DNA of 64,000 bases, taken from positions 1,664,001 to 1,728,000 of the forward strand of contig OY968796.1 in the NCBI GenBank assembly GCA_963695545.1, written 5' to 3'. The position numbers were made by a program, and so were the translations under genes. Under the pieces are notes generated by a model, which worked only from the letters and a program-made list of their open reading frames with translations, was not told the origin of the DNA and did no database searches. Shown here piece by piece: positions 30,533 to 39,694 of the stretch (its first letter is position 1; every line of letters starts with the position of its first letter). Source of the DNA: Terriglobia bacterium (GTDB lineage Bacteria; Acidobacteriota; Terriglobia; Acidiferrales; UBA7541).

Positions 30533-31671
30533 GACCCTATCTGGTCCGCAGCGGCCGGATTACAAGACGACACAATGGGCGCCACCGACACGACCTGGAT
30601 TTGTACCAAGCCTGCGGCTGATCGGGTCCTGGATAACAAATTCTTTGATGGAATCCCCGTCCGCACAAAGGATTTCTCGCAATCTTGCGAAGATGGACCG
30701 CGCATGTTCCCTTCCATGTAGGCCAATCCTGGACATCGAGTACAACTCACGCCATGAACGCATTGCGAGCAACTCGGCAGTTCCCGCAGCGTGATACGGC
30801 GAACCTCCTTTAACTGTTCGGAATGGCGCCATATCTCAAGAAAGGAATTGTGCCTCACGTTGCCACTGGGGAGAGGAAATTGGACGCAGGGAAAGACATC
30901 GCCATAAGGCGAAACGTAACACGCGGTGTGGCCGGCGCTGCACGGCAGGCCGCTCAAGTCATCTTCGTCCGGCTCCTTCGGTGGACCACAGAATTCGTCC
31001 ACGCTGCCAACTAGCGATTCATCTTGAAACACCTTTCTCAGAGCTGTCGGATCGACATTCAAGTTCAAGATTGAACGATCGCCATCCATCTTCGGCGTGA
31101 TCGTGGGGTCGATCGTAAATACGACGCCGAGTTCCGCGGCGAGCGCCCTAACTCCCGGGTAATCCTGAACGTTTTGCAGCATCAACACGTCTGCAATCGT
31201 CACTTTCAAACCGTGAGCCTTGAGCAGCCGGATCGCCTCCAACGATCGCTTGAGAGAACCCGGAACCTTCGTAATGGAGTCGTGAACCTCCGGGCGATGC
31301 GAGTAAATGCTGATCTGGACCGACTGCACTGCCAGTGAGCGGATACGTTCCGCCTGGCGCTCGCGGATCAGAACTGCATTGGTTTTGAGCTTCACGCAAA
31401 ACAGCAAAGCGCGGGCATGTTCCAATATTTCAAAAAAATCCTTCCGCAGCAGAATCTCACCGCCACTCATGGTCAGGAAGAGCACGCCGGCCCTTGCCAA
31501 TTCGTCTAGAAGTTTCTTGATCTCTGTCGTGGTCATCTCGCCGTGATCCTCATGGTCGAGGTAACAATGAACGCATTGTTCGTTGCAGCGGTAGGTCAAA
31601 TCCAGCTGCACACTGAGCGGAATCTGCAATTGGAGGGCTTTGGCGCTCATCTCTTGCAGCAGGGTGCTCAT
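30529..31671 (-). CDS. Radical SAM/SPASM peptide maturase
   Basis: CNEQCVHC, SGGE, SPASM CSAG..SPYGDVFPC..CSQC..CTRCPG. Confidence 0.95.
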   Translation of the reverse strand: MSTLLQEMSAKALQLQIPLSVQLDLTYRCNEQCVHCYLDHEDHGEMTTTEIKKLLDELARAGVLFLTMSGGEILLRKDFFEILEHARALLFCVKLKTNAVLIRERQAERIRSLAVQSVQISIYSHRPEVHDSITKVPGSLKRSLEAIRLLKAHGLKVTIADVLMLQNVQDYPGVRALAAELGVVFTIDPTITPKMDGDRSILNLNVDPTALRKVFQDESLVGSVDEFCGPPKEPDEDDLSGLPCSAGHTACYVSPYGDVFPCVQFPLPSGNVRHNSFLEIWRHSEQLKEVRRITLRELPSCSQCVHGVSCTRCPGLAYMEGNMRGPSSQDCEKSFVRTGIPSKNLLSRTRSAAGLVQIQVVSVAPIVSSCNPAAADQIGS

Positions 31672-31985
31672 TTCGACTCCTGCCCCGGTGATGAGGGCCC
31701 GAACGGTTCGTCTGAGAGCAACAAAATCCCGTGCTCGGCAAGTCCATCGGCCAGCGCGTTTGCATCTCGCAAGGCTTCAGCTAGGTCGACTTCGAACTCC
31801 GGGAAGATCTTACATTTCACAATCTCGTCCAGCGCCATAGATCCGTCCGCGGCTTCCCAAATGAGCGTCGCCACTTCGTTCAACGTGAATAACGTCGAAT
31901 CCCGGCCGGACATGATCATCATTTCATCGCCCAGACGGCGCGCCGCGATCTCAGAACTCCGCGCTACATACCGCTTGTTGCTCAC
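31668..31985 (-). CDS. Stand-alone PqqD/RRE peptide chaperone
   Basis: IAARRLGDEMMI..LFTLNEVATLIWEAADG..EFEVD..A..D...L..HGIL; GTGA and ATGA overlaps. Confidence 0.92.
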   Translation of the reverse strand: MSNKRYVARSSEIAARRLGDEMMIMSGRDSTLFTLNEVATLIWEAADGSMALDEIVKCKIFPEFEVDLAEALRDANALADGLAEHGILLLSDEPFGPSSPGQESK

Positions 31986-32797
31986 GCGATGAACTCCCAC
32001 ACGCTGGCATCAGGCACGAAGGTGAGGCGGTAGACCGGCACTCGGACGACGAATTCACACGCGGACTCAAACACTAACCTAACCAATTCGGCATCCTCAG
32101 CAAAAAACAGGATATTGGTGAGAAGCGCGCGCCCTGCCTCCGCTTGGGCGACCGGCTCGACTCGGTTCTGGAGGCCTTTCGCCAGTATGTACAACGCGGC
32201 GATGGGCGCGCAGATGTTCTCACCCACTTTTGCTAGTTCTCCGGTAAAAGGCGTCCCGAAAGCAAAATAGCCCACCTCACGTTTCCGAACATAGGAGATC
32301 TCATCGGAAAGCAGCACTGCATTTTCTGGCGCCAGCCTTGCGAGAGTGGTCTTACCGGCACCGGAAGCACCCGCGAACAAGAACGCCGCTCCATTCCGCA
32401 CGGCGCTGGCCGCGTGCACGAGGAATCCTCCCCGCCGGGAGAGGGCCAGCGTGTGTACGATGCGCAATACCGCGTCGACAGAGTACGGGCTGGCGAAGTG
32501 GCGAATGCTGCCTCTGTTCGAGATGGGGTTCCATTCGGCGCGAAAGTCGCCGCGCACGGCTGACCATCGGCCTGCTCGCTGGAGCACGTGTAGATCGTCA
32601 TCTGACCCGATGGGGCCGGGCGGAGTCAGATCGATATCGAACTCGAACTCCGCATGTTCGGTCCGGCTCACGAACCCCGCATAGCGCTTCTCCAGCGAAC
32701 GCAAGAAGGCAGAGTTGGCGGCGCGCAAGCGCACGGGAAGGCCACCGACCTCGATGACGATTTCTTGAATGTCGAGCGTGGTTTTCAGCTCTCGCAC
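31982..32797 (-). CDS. HPr kinase-like P-loop kinase
   Basis: GFLVHAASAV..AFLFAGASGAGKTTLARL..LLSDEI..GTPFTGE. Confidence 0.85.
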   Translation of the reverse strand: MRELKTTLDIQEIVIEVGGLPVRLRAANSAFLRSLEKRYAGFVSRTEHAEFEFDIDLTPPGPIGSDDDLHVLQRAGRWSAVRGDFRAEWNPISNRGSIRHFASPYSVDAVLRIVHTLALSRRGGFLVHAASAVRNGAAFLFAGASGAGKTTLARLAPENAVLLSDEISYVRKREVGYFAFGTPFTGELAKVGENICAPIAALYILAKGLQNRVEPVAQAEAGRALLTNILFFAEDAELVRLVFESACEFVVRVPVYRLTFVPDASVWEFIA

Positions 32798-33294
32798 AGA
32801 GCCTCTTGTTTTCCTCTTGAACGCTGCCGCATCGCATGCAAGCGGACGAGGGCCGTTGCGACTCGTCCGGAATGAGAAACCAGCGCCGCCGTAAGACGCG
32901 CGCCGAAACTGAGCTGCGTACAAGGTTCGATCCATTTCCCGGCGCGAAGGATGGAAGAGACTTTTCCAAGCAACTCGGCGGCTGTGATGGCGGAATCCTG
33001 CAACGGAAGCGCATCGCCTCGGGTGACCAAACGCGCGATTTGATGATCATTCGTCCTAATCACCACGCGATGGGCGATGAACCTGCCATCGCGAGCGAAA
33101 AGCACGATATCGCCTGGAAGGACGTCGCCGATCTGCTGGCGACGAATCAAGAGGAGATCGCCGGGCCACACGGAAGGAAGCATGCTAAAACCCCTGACTT
33201 TCAACCGCAATCTCCCGGACGATCGCAGAACCTTTTCCGCCAGTTCGCACTTCGCGGCGTCAGCAGCTTCAAGTTTGGGGTGATTGATCGGCAT
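32785..33294 (-). CDS. S24/S26 family (signal peptidase-like) peptidase
   Basis: VRGFSMLPSVWPGD..GDIVLF..IAHRVV..TRGD (Ser/His type); no TM anchor visible. Confidence 0.88.
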   Translation of the reverse strand: MPINHPKLEAADAAKCELAEKVLRSSGRLRLKVRGFSMLPSVWPGDLLLIRRQQIGDVLPGDIVLFARDGRFIAHRVVIRTNDHQIARLVTRGDALPLQDSAITAAELLGKVSSILRAGKWIEPCTQLSFGARLTAALVSHSGRVATALVRLHAMRQRSRGKQEALCES

Positions 33295-33594
33295 CGAGCA
33301 CTTGCTCACTCTCGCGCCTTGGCGCGGTGAAGTTGAATCGCCGCCGCGCCAGCGCCGCGACGTGCCACCATCGCCAGACTTCCTTCCAAGCGTGTGCGCG
33401 ATTTCCGCCTGCCATTCGCGGCCCCCAGATGGGCCTCTTGTCTGCCTGCACAGGTAGAGTGCAAGGGAAGGGAACCGATCCGGGTCAGAGATATCGCTGT
33501 CAGCATTGGTCTGGTGACCAATCGGCATTTAATGATTAGACGCCAACGAGCATCCGTTTCCACATGCGAATGGCTGGCCGCGCATATTCCGCGC

Positions 33595-33789
33595 CTAAGA
33601 AAGTTTGCGATTGAAATGGCATTGTGGCTGGGTACTGCTGATCTTTCCACACGTGAGTGCTGTAGTTTCAAAGACTTCCTCAGTACGAAATTCAGGTTTG
33701 CGGTAGGGTTTCTTCCTCACGCTACGCCCAATTTCTTCGTCTCCGCGGGAATGTCCCGTCTTGTCGCTGCCCGGCTTAGGATGAGTCAT
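33595..33789 (-). CDS. RiPP precursor peptide (64 aa)
   Basis: GAGGAA RBS; leader KKPYRKPEF (YxxP RRE-binding type); ETTALT then putative core CGKISSTQPQCHFNRKLS; upstream of the maturases. Confidence 0.85.
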   Translation of the reverse strand: MTHPKPGSDKTGHSRGDEEIGRSVRKKPYRKPEFRTEEVFETTALTCGKISSTQPQCHFNRKLS

Positions 33790-33858
33790 ATTCCTCGTTT
33801 CATGGCAAACCGGATTGTGTCGACCTTGGAGATGGTGGTTTAGAACGCTTGGTTGCAC

Positions 33859-36237
33859 TTACTGCAATCCGTTTTGTGTCAACTTTTGAAAACATCCCCC
33901 GGAGGTTGCCGAGTTACATTGAAAGGCGGAGCCAGCCCCACCAATTAGACTGGGCCCAGCTGGAGCCAGCCACGAGAAATAAATGCTCGACGCTTGTGGA
34001 AAATTCCCAACCGTTGTCAGAGCGTTGTTGTCGATGATTATTCCGCTCGTTCCGCCCGTGCTCACGTCTGAGAAAGCTGTAATACCCGTGTCGCCATTCC
34101 CTTCTGTACCTGATGGAGGCCATGAAGTTGTGGTGAGATCAAGAGACATTACGCAACCGGTCTGACCATTGCACGGCCAGTTTAAGTTCGCGACGCTGAG
34201 AAATATCCAATCCGTGGAAGTATTTGTATTATAGAACTCGGTTACCGGAGAGCACTGAACATTAGGGGGATCCGAGATCTCGGCACTGTACACGAGAGTC
34301 CGATAGGCTGTCGGGCCTCCGTCCGCAGTTGCATTCATAACACCAGTGCTGCTGAATCCGACGCGCCAAAGAGCAGGCGCATCGGCTAGCGTTGGATCCT
34401 TGCCACAGAAATAGAGAAACCCTGAGGTGCTATTCGCTAAACTATTGTAATAGGTATTGTCAAAATCGCCGGCGAACATCGCCGATCCGGTGCTGGTCCC
34501 GCCGACTCCCGCGAGCGTCACGACGCTACCCAGTGCCGTATTCGTCTGCACCACCTCCCCGTTGTTGACAGTATCTGTCCCATCGAACCAGAAGACGCGT
34601 TCCGATGTGCTGTCAACCAAGGGCCCATCAACAATGGAGCCAGACAGCGCTATCTCTGGTGAACCCAGGCAAGGTGGGATTCCAGAAGCGCACGATCCGG
34701 ACGAACTCCCCGTTTCTCGGGCGTACGAGATCTTTCCAGCCGAATCGCCAACGAAGATATTTCCGCTGCTCCCGTCGAAAACCGGACTCGTGAGAATCGC
34801 GCCAGCGTCCACGGTGATCGGCCAACCGCCCGTAATGACCTCGCCGGGCGTCCCCTGGAATACTCCCGAGAACTTGTGGAGTACGCCGCTTTCGTCCCCA
34901 ACGTATAGCGTATCGGTCGCGTAATCGTAAAACGGAGACGAGTTCGTATCTTCATTTCCGTTGTGAAACGGAACACTAATCATGCAAGATTCACCATTTG
35001 GACAGGTGGTTGTGTTCCAGGCCGTGTTACCCAATGCGCCTGCCGCTGTGTTGACGTAGCTATTCGTGGGTGTCATCGGCGATGTGATGGTGGTGCCTTC
35101 GCCTGCCACGCCCCTCAGAATCCGGAGGACAGCACCAGTCGAGACGGAGGTTTCGACGAACGCGACTTTATCGCCGAGCGCAGATAAGACAACTGATGTT
35201 TGCGCGCTGCCGGTGCCGGTGAAATAGGACCACATCACCGACGGCCCAGCTGTCCCGCAATACCCGGCCGGACTACCGCCAGCCTGTGATGCATAGAGTT
35301 GATTAAGCGCAATAATATTGGGCGTTCCGGATCCCTCCCCGCCCGAAGCGCCCGGAAGATCGTTGTTAAAAGTAACATAGTCGTTGATGCAGTCTGGAGC
35401 GGCATCGACGTTAAATGAGAATTTTGCCGGAAACGTAGTCGCGCTTCCGGTCGTGGCGGTGCCAGCCGCGAGCGAACTCATGGAGAATGCCCAATCCCGA
35501 TGCAGTTCGTCGATTGACGAATTGTTTTTCGGCGGGGCCGAAGCCGTGCCGAGCTCTGACGTCGCCGTACCGACTCCTCCGCAACTAGAAATCATCAAAA
35601 CGAGCAAAATCGCAAGAGCCGTCATCAACGTCGGCAGCCAACGTCGTCGACTCATAAATGCAACGACAAATGACAACCCTAAAATAACTGCCGCAATCTG
35701 GAAGCCGTGAACGGGTGACGCTGGCAGCGGTAGCGTTTCGGGTTGATTCTCTTGGGCCTCCGCCGCGTGGACAGTCGTTGCGAAGCTTACGTCCAGGGCC
35801 GCCGCTAAGCGCATCAGAGCGGTATTAGTCCTTGCGGTTAACGCCGGCGATCTGACCCCGTTTGCGTTACGCGGTTCCGAGTGGGTGGAGAACGGACCAG
35901 GACCGCGAGTAGTGCTGTAGTACGGCTGTAACGAACGTACATTTCGTCTCAGCCGTTGGTGAAGCAGGCGAGGATCCTTTTGGATTTTTGCCCAGACGGC
36001 AGGGTCAGATGTGTTGCTGAACACAAGGTGCTGATGAGACCAATCCCAAGGATATCCAACAGGTTGGCCATCCGAAGAGGCAGACCGTGTTGGCGAGACG
36101 AAATAGAACACCGTCAGAAAAACTAGGCCGCAAAGCGCTCCGCAAACGATCATTCGCACTTGCTTATGCCCAAGCTCAAGTCTCGCTCGAACACGCGAAA
36201 GCAGCACTCCCGGCCTGTGACGGGCGCCCCTTCCCAA
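33859..36237 (-). CDS. Large exported Gly/Ser/Thr/Cys-rich beta-rich protein (start may be ~36153)
   Basis: N-terminal hydrophobic segment, DWSHQHLVFS, internal TM-RRR-TM-SSCGG, repeated SSP..D....LYVGD..G beta-propeller-like units. Confidence 0.8.
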   Translation of the reverse strand: MGRGARHRPGVLLSRVRARLELGHKQVRMIVCGALCGLVFLTVFYFVSPTRSASSDGQPVGYPWDWSHQHLVFSNTSDPAVWAKIQKDPRLLHQRLRRNVRSLQPYYSTTRGPGPFSTHSEPRNANGVRSPALTARTNTALMRLAAALDVSFATTVHAAEAQENQPETLPLPASPVHGFQIAAVILGLSFVVAFMSRRRWLPTLMTALAILLVLMISSCGGVGTATSELGTASAPPKNNSSIDELHRDWAFSMSSLAAGTATTGSATTFPAKFSFNVDAAPDCINDYVTFNNDLPGASGGEGSGTPNIIALNQLYASQAGGSPAGYCGTAGPSVMWSYFTGTGSAQTSVVLSALGDKVAFVETSVSTGAVLRILRGVAGEGTTITSPMTPTNSYVNTAAGALGNTAWNTTTCPNGESCMISVPFHNGNEDTNSSPFYDYATDTLYVGDESGVLHKFSGVFQGTPGEVITGGWPITVDAGAILTSPVFDGSSGNIFVGDSAGKISYARETGSSSGSCASGIPPCLGSPEIALSGSIVDGPLVDSTSERVFWFDGTDTVNNGEVVQTNTALGSVVTLAGVGGTSTGSAMFAGDFDNTYYNSLANSTSGFLYFCGKDPTLADAPALWRVGFSSTGVMNATADGGPTAYRTLVYSAEISDPPNVQCSPVTEFYNTNTSTDWIFLSVANLNWPCNGQTGCVMSLDLTTTSWPPSGTEGNGDTGITAFSDVSTGGTSGIIIDNNALTTVGNFPQASSIYFSWLAPAGPSLIGGAGSAFQCNSATSGGCFQKLTQNGLQ

Positions 36238-36431
36238 CTCAGCATTCCTCCATGTTCATTACATCTGGTAGCTCATCTCCACCGGCCATCACGTCAGAAC
36301 CCGCTCGCATCCAGACACCGACTAGCCATTGCCCACATCGAAGATCAGATTAGATAAAGCGCCTGCCCGATTAAAATTACGCATTCAGACGGGATCTCAT
36401 TTTAACGTTCCCGGCCGACCGAATTGGAGTG

Positions 36432-36554
36432 CATTCCCGACGTCCGCGGCGAAATCTAAAATCCAAGTACCGGCGCTCCTCCCAGCCATTCCCCAAGTAC
36501 TTCTCTTTCTCCAGCCTCGCTCAACACCGAAATCTGTTTCGGTCTGCGGCTCGC
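36432..36554 (-). repeat. Copy B (inverted) of ~120-bp element with palindrome at 36526-36543
   Basis: Reverse complement aligns with 26835-26955. Confidence 0.85.
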
Positions 36555-36785
36555 TCTTTTGCTATGAGTCAAATCGGCATAGGCGAACGGTGTTTCCGAG
36601 GATTTGGACACCACGGAAAATCCGACCCTCGACACTAAGTCGATTCTGATCTTAGACGGCGATGTCGGTCCAACCATCAATCCCACAAACACGAACTCGG
36701 CCTCAAGCACGCCAAAACAGAGTGTGTGGCAGGGATCATCGCATACTTGAAATGATTCTGAAAGAAATTCTGCAGGGTCACGGGC

Positions 36786-36938
36786 ACGATTGAAGAAATC
36801 GCCCAATAGAACATGCTATTGACCGAGGCTATCTTCGAACTACTGGCGCGAAAAGGAATTCTAACGGACGTGGGAGTGAAGGACTGAATCGCCAAACTCA
36901 CGGCCGAGACGCAGATTCAGTTTCGCCGGTTTCGGTAG
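36786..36938 (+). pseudogene. Small helical protein remnant with two in-frame stops
   Basis: TIEEIAQ*NMLLTEAIFELLARKGILTDVGVKD*IAKL; resembles the LLVAKGLLT tail of 28480-29028. Confidence 0.4.
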
Positions 36939-36961
36939 GTCAGCTAGCCCGTGGGACGCGG

Positions 36962-37215
36962 TGATCGGCTCGGCTTTTTTGTACCACCTCGAGGTTGAGT
37001 TTTCGGCTGTCTGTAATCCAATGAGATCGCCGCTAGCCGCGATCTCAGTGGCGAATTCGTCGGGCGTTTTTCCCCGAGGGCCCGGTGGGGGCGACTCTCA
37101 TCGTATTCGACGTGCCAAGTCCCCACGCTCTTGCGCCTGCGTCAATGACATGAACCAATGGGCGTTGAGGCATTCGGTCAAAAACGTTCCGTTGAACGAT
37201 TCCAAGCAGGCATTA
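36962..37215 (-). mobile_element. IS3-family transposase 3' remnant with probable right terminal repeat
   Basis: NACLESFNGTFLTECLNAHWFMSLTQAQE (frameshift) WHVEYDESRPHRALG; ends TGGTACAAAAAAGCCGAGCCGATCA. Confidence 0.82.
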
Positions 37216-38295
37216 CGCTACTAGAGAGGCCGAAGCATTCCAACGCGGCAGCGAGATTTACCACCTGCAACAAAGATGACGAGAAGCCAACCACGGCCGA
37301 GGAACCTGTCGCTGGCGGCCAAGGCATTTTATCTACCCTGACCTAGACTATCTCCGTGCTCCTGTTTCGCCCGACATCACGGGCTCTGTCAATTTCCCTT
37401 GATGTGGTTGCAGCTGTTGTTCCTCATCGGTAGGCGTCTTGGAACGAGCGGTCGAATCTTGGTATCGCGCCAGCCGTGAGTCCGCACCGTCGCTTCGTAA
37501 CGCCTTGCAATTCGCTCGTTCGGATAAGTGTCTATCCGCATCAGCGGTCCGCCCTCGAATCTCCTGCCTACGATCTCGTATTTCATTGTCCAGCCATCGC
37601 CCAGGTTGTTCTGCCTTTCTCGTACGTGCCCACAAGGTAAGATAGCGTACGTGGCGCGAAATGTTTCAAACGGAGGCCGCAATCGGATAACGCCTCAGCT
37701 CGACGCCAGAATCAAATAGCAACGCCACCGCCGCGGGCCGAACTCGGCCCAGCCCTCGCGTCTCTGTTCATTCACGATCTTTCAGTCATATCATGAGCTG
37801 TCGGCTATTTGGCACAGGGGCGGCGCGCCGAGGAAAATTCGTGCGCGCCAACCGATACCGGCCGGACGCAGCCTCGAAAAGACGATTTTTGCAAAACGAA
37901 CTGGCCTAACCAACACAAAATAAGTGATTTGACTGTTTTCGCGCATTGCAAAACCCGTGCATTTTAGACCTTTCGCGAAGCCTTCGGACGTTATCGGCGT
38001 GCCCCTGTGTACAAACAGCTCGCGACCGCGGTGCCAACAGATCAAGTCGTCGCATGCTTCCCTCCTTTCCGGCCGACTGCCTGCGTCGGCACATTTTGCT
38101 GCGCGTCCCTGTTTCGCTATACTTCCATGCGCGATACGGTTCCCCTCGGGTCTGGGCTATGAACCGATGCCCGCTATCATTCGACTTTTTCGTTTGTGCG
38201 GCACCCAACGTTGGTGCCTAGTCCGATAGTTCAACAGCCCTACGTTTGCGCCGCGGGGTCATGACCACTCAGGAAAGCGGCGCGGGAAGGTTCCG

Positions 38296-39501
38296 CTGTT
38301 AAGCAAGAATCAAGCGCGGCGAAATCCGTCCTCCGCGGGTGAGCGCGTCGCCATTGTGGGTGGTTCGACGGCAGGGTTCTTCACTGCCTCGCTGCTCGCG
38401 CGCCGTGGAGTGCGCGTTCAGTTGTTCGAGCAAGCCGAGCAGCTCGATCCCGCGCCGCGCACGCTGATCGTCACTCATCGTATGCGCGAATTGCTCGGCG
38501 CGCACGCCGAGCCTTCCGTGGTCAACGAGATCCGCCGCTTTGAAATGTTCACGGATGGTCGCGCGGCCACCGTCGCCCTCGACCGCCCGGACCTCATTGT
38601 CGAACGCGCGCGTTTGATTCGCGGCCTCGCTGCCCAGGCCGAACGCGACGGCGCCCAGATTTCGATGGGGCGCCGATTCCTCGGCGTGCGAGGCAAGCCG
38701 CGCGGCAATGGTGCGGGCCTTCAGTTGACGCTCGGCGTTTCCGGATCCGGGGCGACCGAGCAAATCGACGCCGACACAGTCGTTGGCGCGGACGGCGCTC
38801 AGAGCCGCGTGGCCCAAGCCGCCGGTTGGCCGCGCATGCGCACCGTGCCGTTGATTCAAGCCATCGTCAAGATGCCAGCCGACATGCCGTCCGATTCCGT
38901 CCGTGTCTGGTTCGTTCCCGGAGACACGCCGTATTTCTACTGGCTCATTCCGGAATCGAACCAAACGGCCGCGCTCGGCCTGATCGGCGAAGACGGCCAT
39001 CACGCGCGCGAGTGCCTCGATCGATTCATGGACAAGCGACACTTCGAGCCGCTCTCGTTTCAAGGTGCGCGCATTCCCGTCTACGACGGCTGGGTCCCTG
39101 TCGAGCGGCGCCTCGGAGCCGGCCGCGTTTTTCTGGTCGGTGACGCCGCCTGTCAGGTCAAGGTCAGCACCGTTGGCGGCATCGTCACCGGTTTCCGCGG
39201 CGCGCTCGGGGTCTCCGAAGCCATCCTTGATGGCGGCCGCAGCCGCGAATTGCGCGCCCTTCGCCGCGAACTCGATCTGCACTTGCTGATTCGCCGCACC
39301 ATCCATACCTTCCAGCAGGCCGACTACAGCCGCTTGGTGGATTTGATGAACGCTTCGACCAAACGCTCTCTCAGCCGATACTCGCGCGATGAAGCCGGAC
39401 GCGTCCTCTGGCATTTGGCGATCAGCCAGCCACGCCTTCTTCTTCTCGGGCTGCGCGGGTTGTTGTCCGGCGGGAGCGCCTTCCGCTCGAACCTGCGGTG
39501 A
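38296..39501 (+). CDS. FAD-dependent oxidoreductase (geranylgeranyl reductase-like); start uncertain
   Basis: RVAIVGGSTAG, VVGADGAQSRVA, FLVGDAA..VKVSTVGGI. Confidence 0.85.
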   Translation: MLSKNQARRNPSSAGERVAIVGGSTAGFFTASLLARRGVRVQLFEQAEQLDPAPRTLIVTHRMRELLGAHAEPSVVNEIRRFEMFTDGRAATVALDRPDLIVERARLIRGLAAQAERDGAQISMGRRFLGVRGKPRGNGAGLQLTLGVSGSGATEQIDADTVVGADGAQSRVAQAAGWPRMRTVPLIQAIVKMPADMPSDSVRVWFVPGDTPYFYWLIPESNQTAALGLIGEDGHHARECLDRFMDKRHFEPLSFQGARIPVYDGWVPVERRLGAGRVFLVGDAACQVKVSTVGGIVTGFRGALGVSEAILDGGRSRELRALRRELDLHLLIRRTIHTFQQADYSRLVDLMNASTKRSLSRYSRDEAGRVLWHLAISQPRLLLLGLRGLLSGGSAFRSNLR

Positions 39502-39694
39502 TCACTGCGATACGTTTCTGAGGCGCGGTAGCCGCGATTCACGCGCACCAACGATTGCTTTTCGCGGCGACCTCTATGCAAATTGCGTCACTCAGCTCGA
39601 GTTTCCTCTTTGCCGGTTGCGCGTTGTAAGCGAAAATGTTGATTCCGATCAAAGCGCCGCTGTGGCGCTGGATTCCATCACAAGCGGAGAGTGC

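Noticed and set aside
30529..31985. PQQ biosynthesis (pqqDE)
   Set aside because: No pqqB/pqqC, and the peptide lacks the ExxxY motif
37389..37587. Small ORF MKYEIVGRRFEGG
   Set aside because: No motif or operon context; cannot be told from chance
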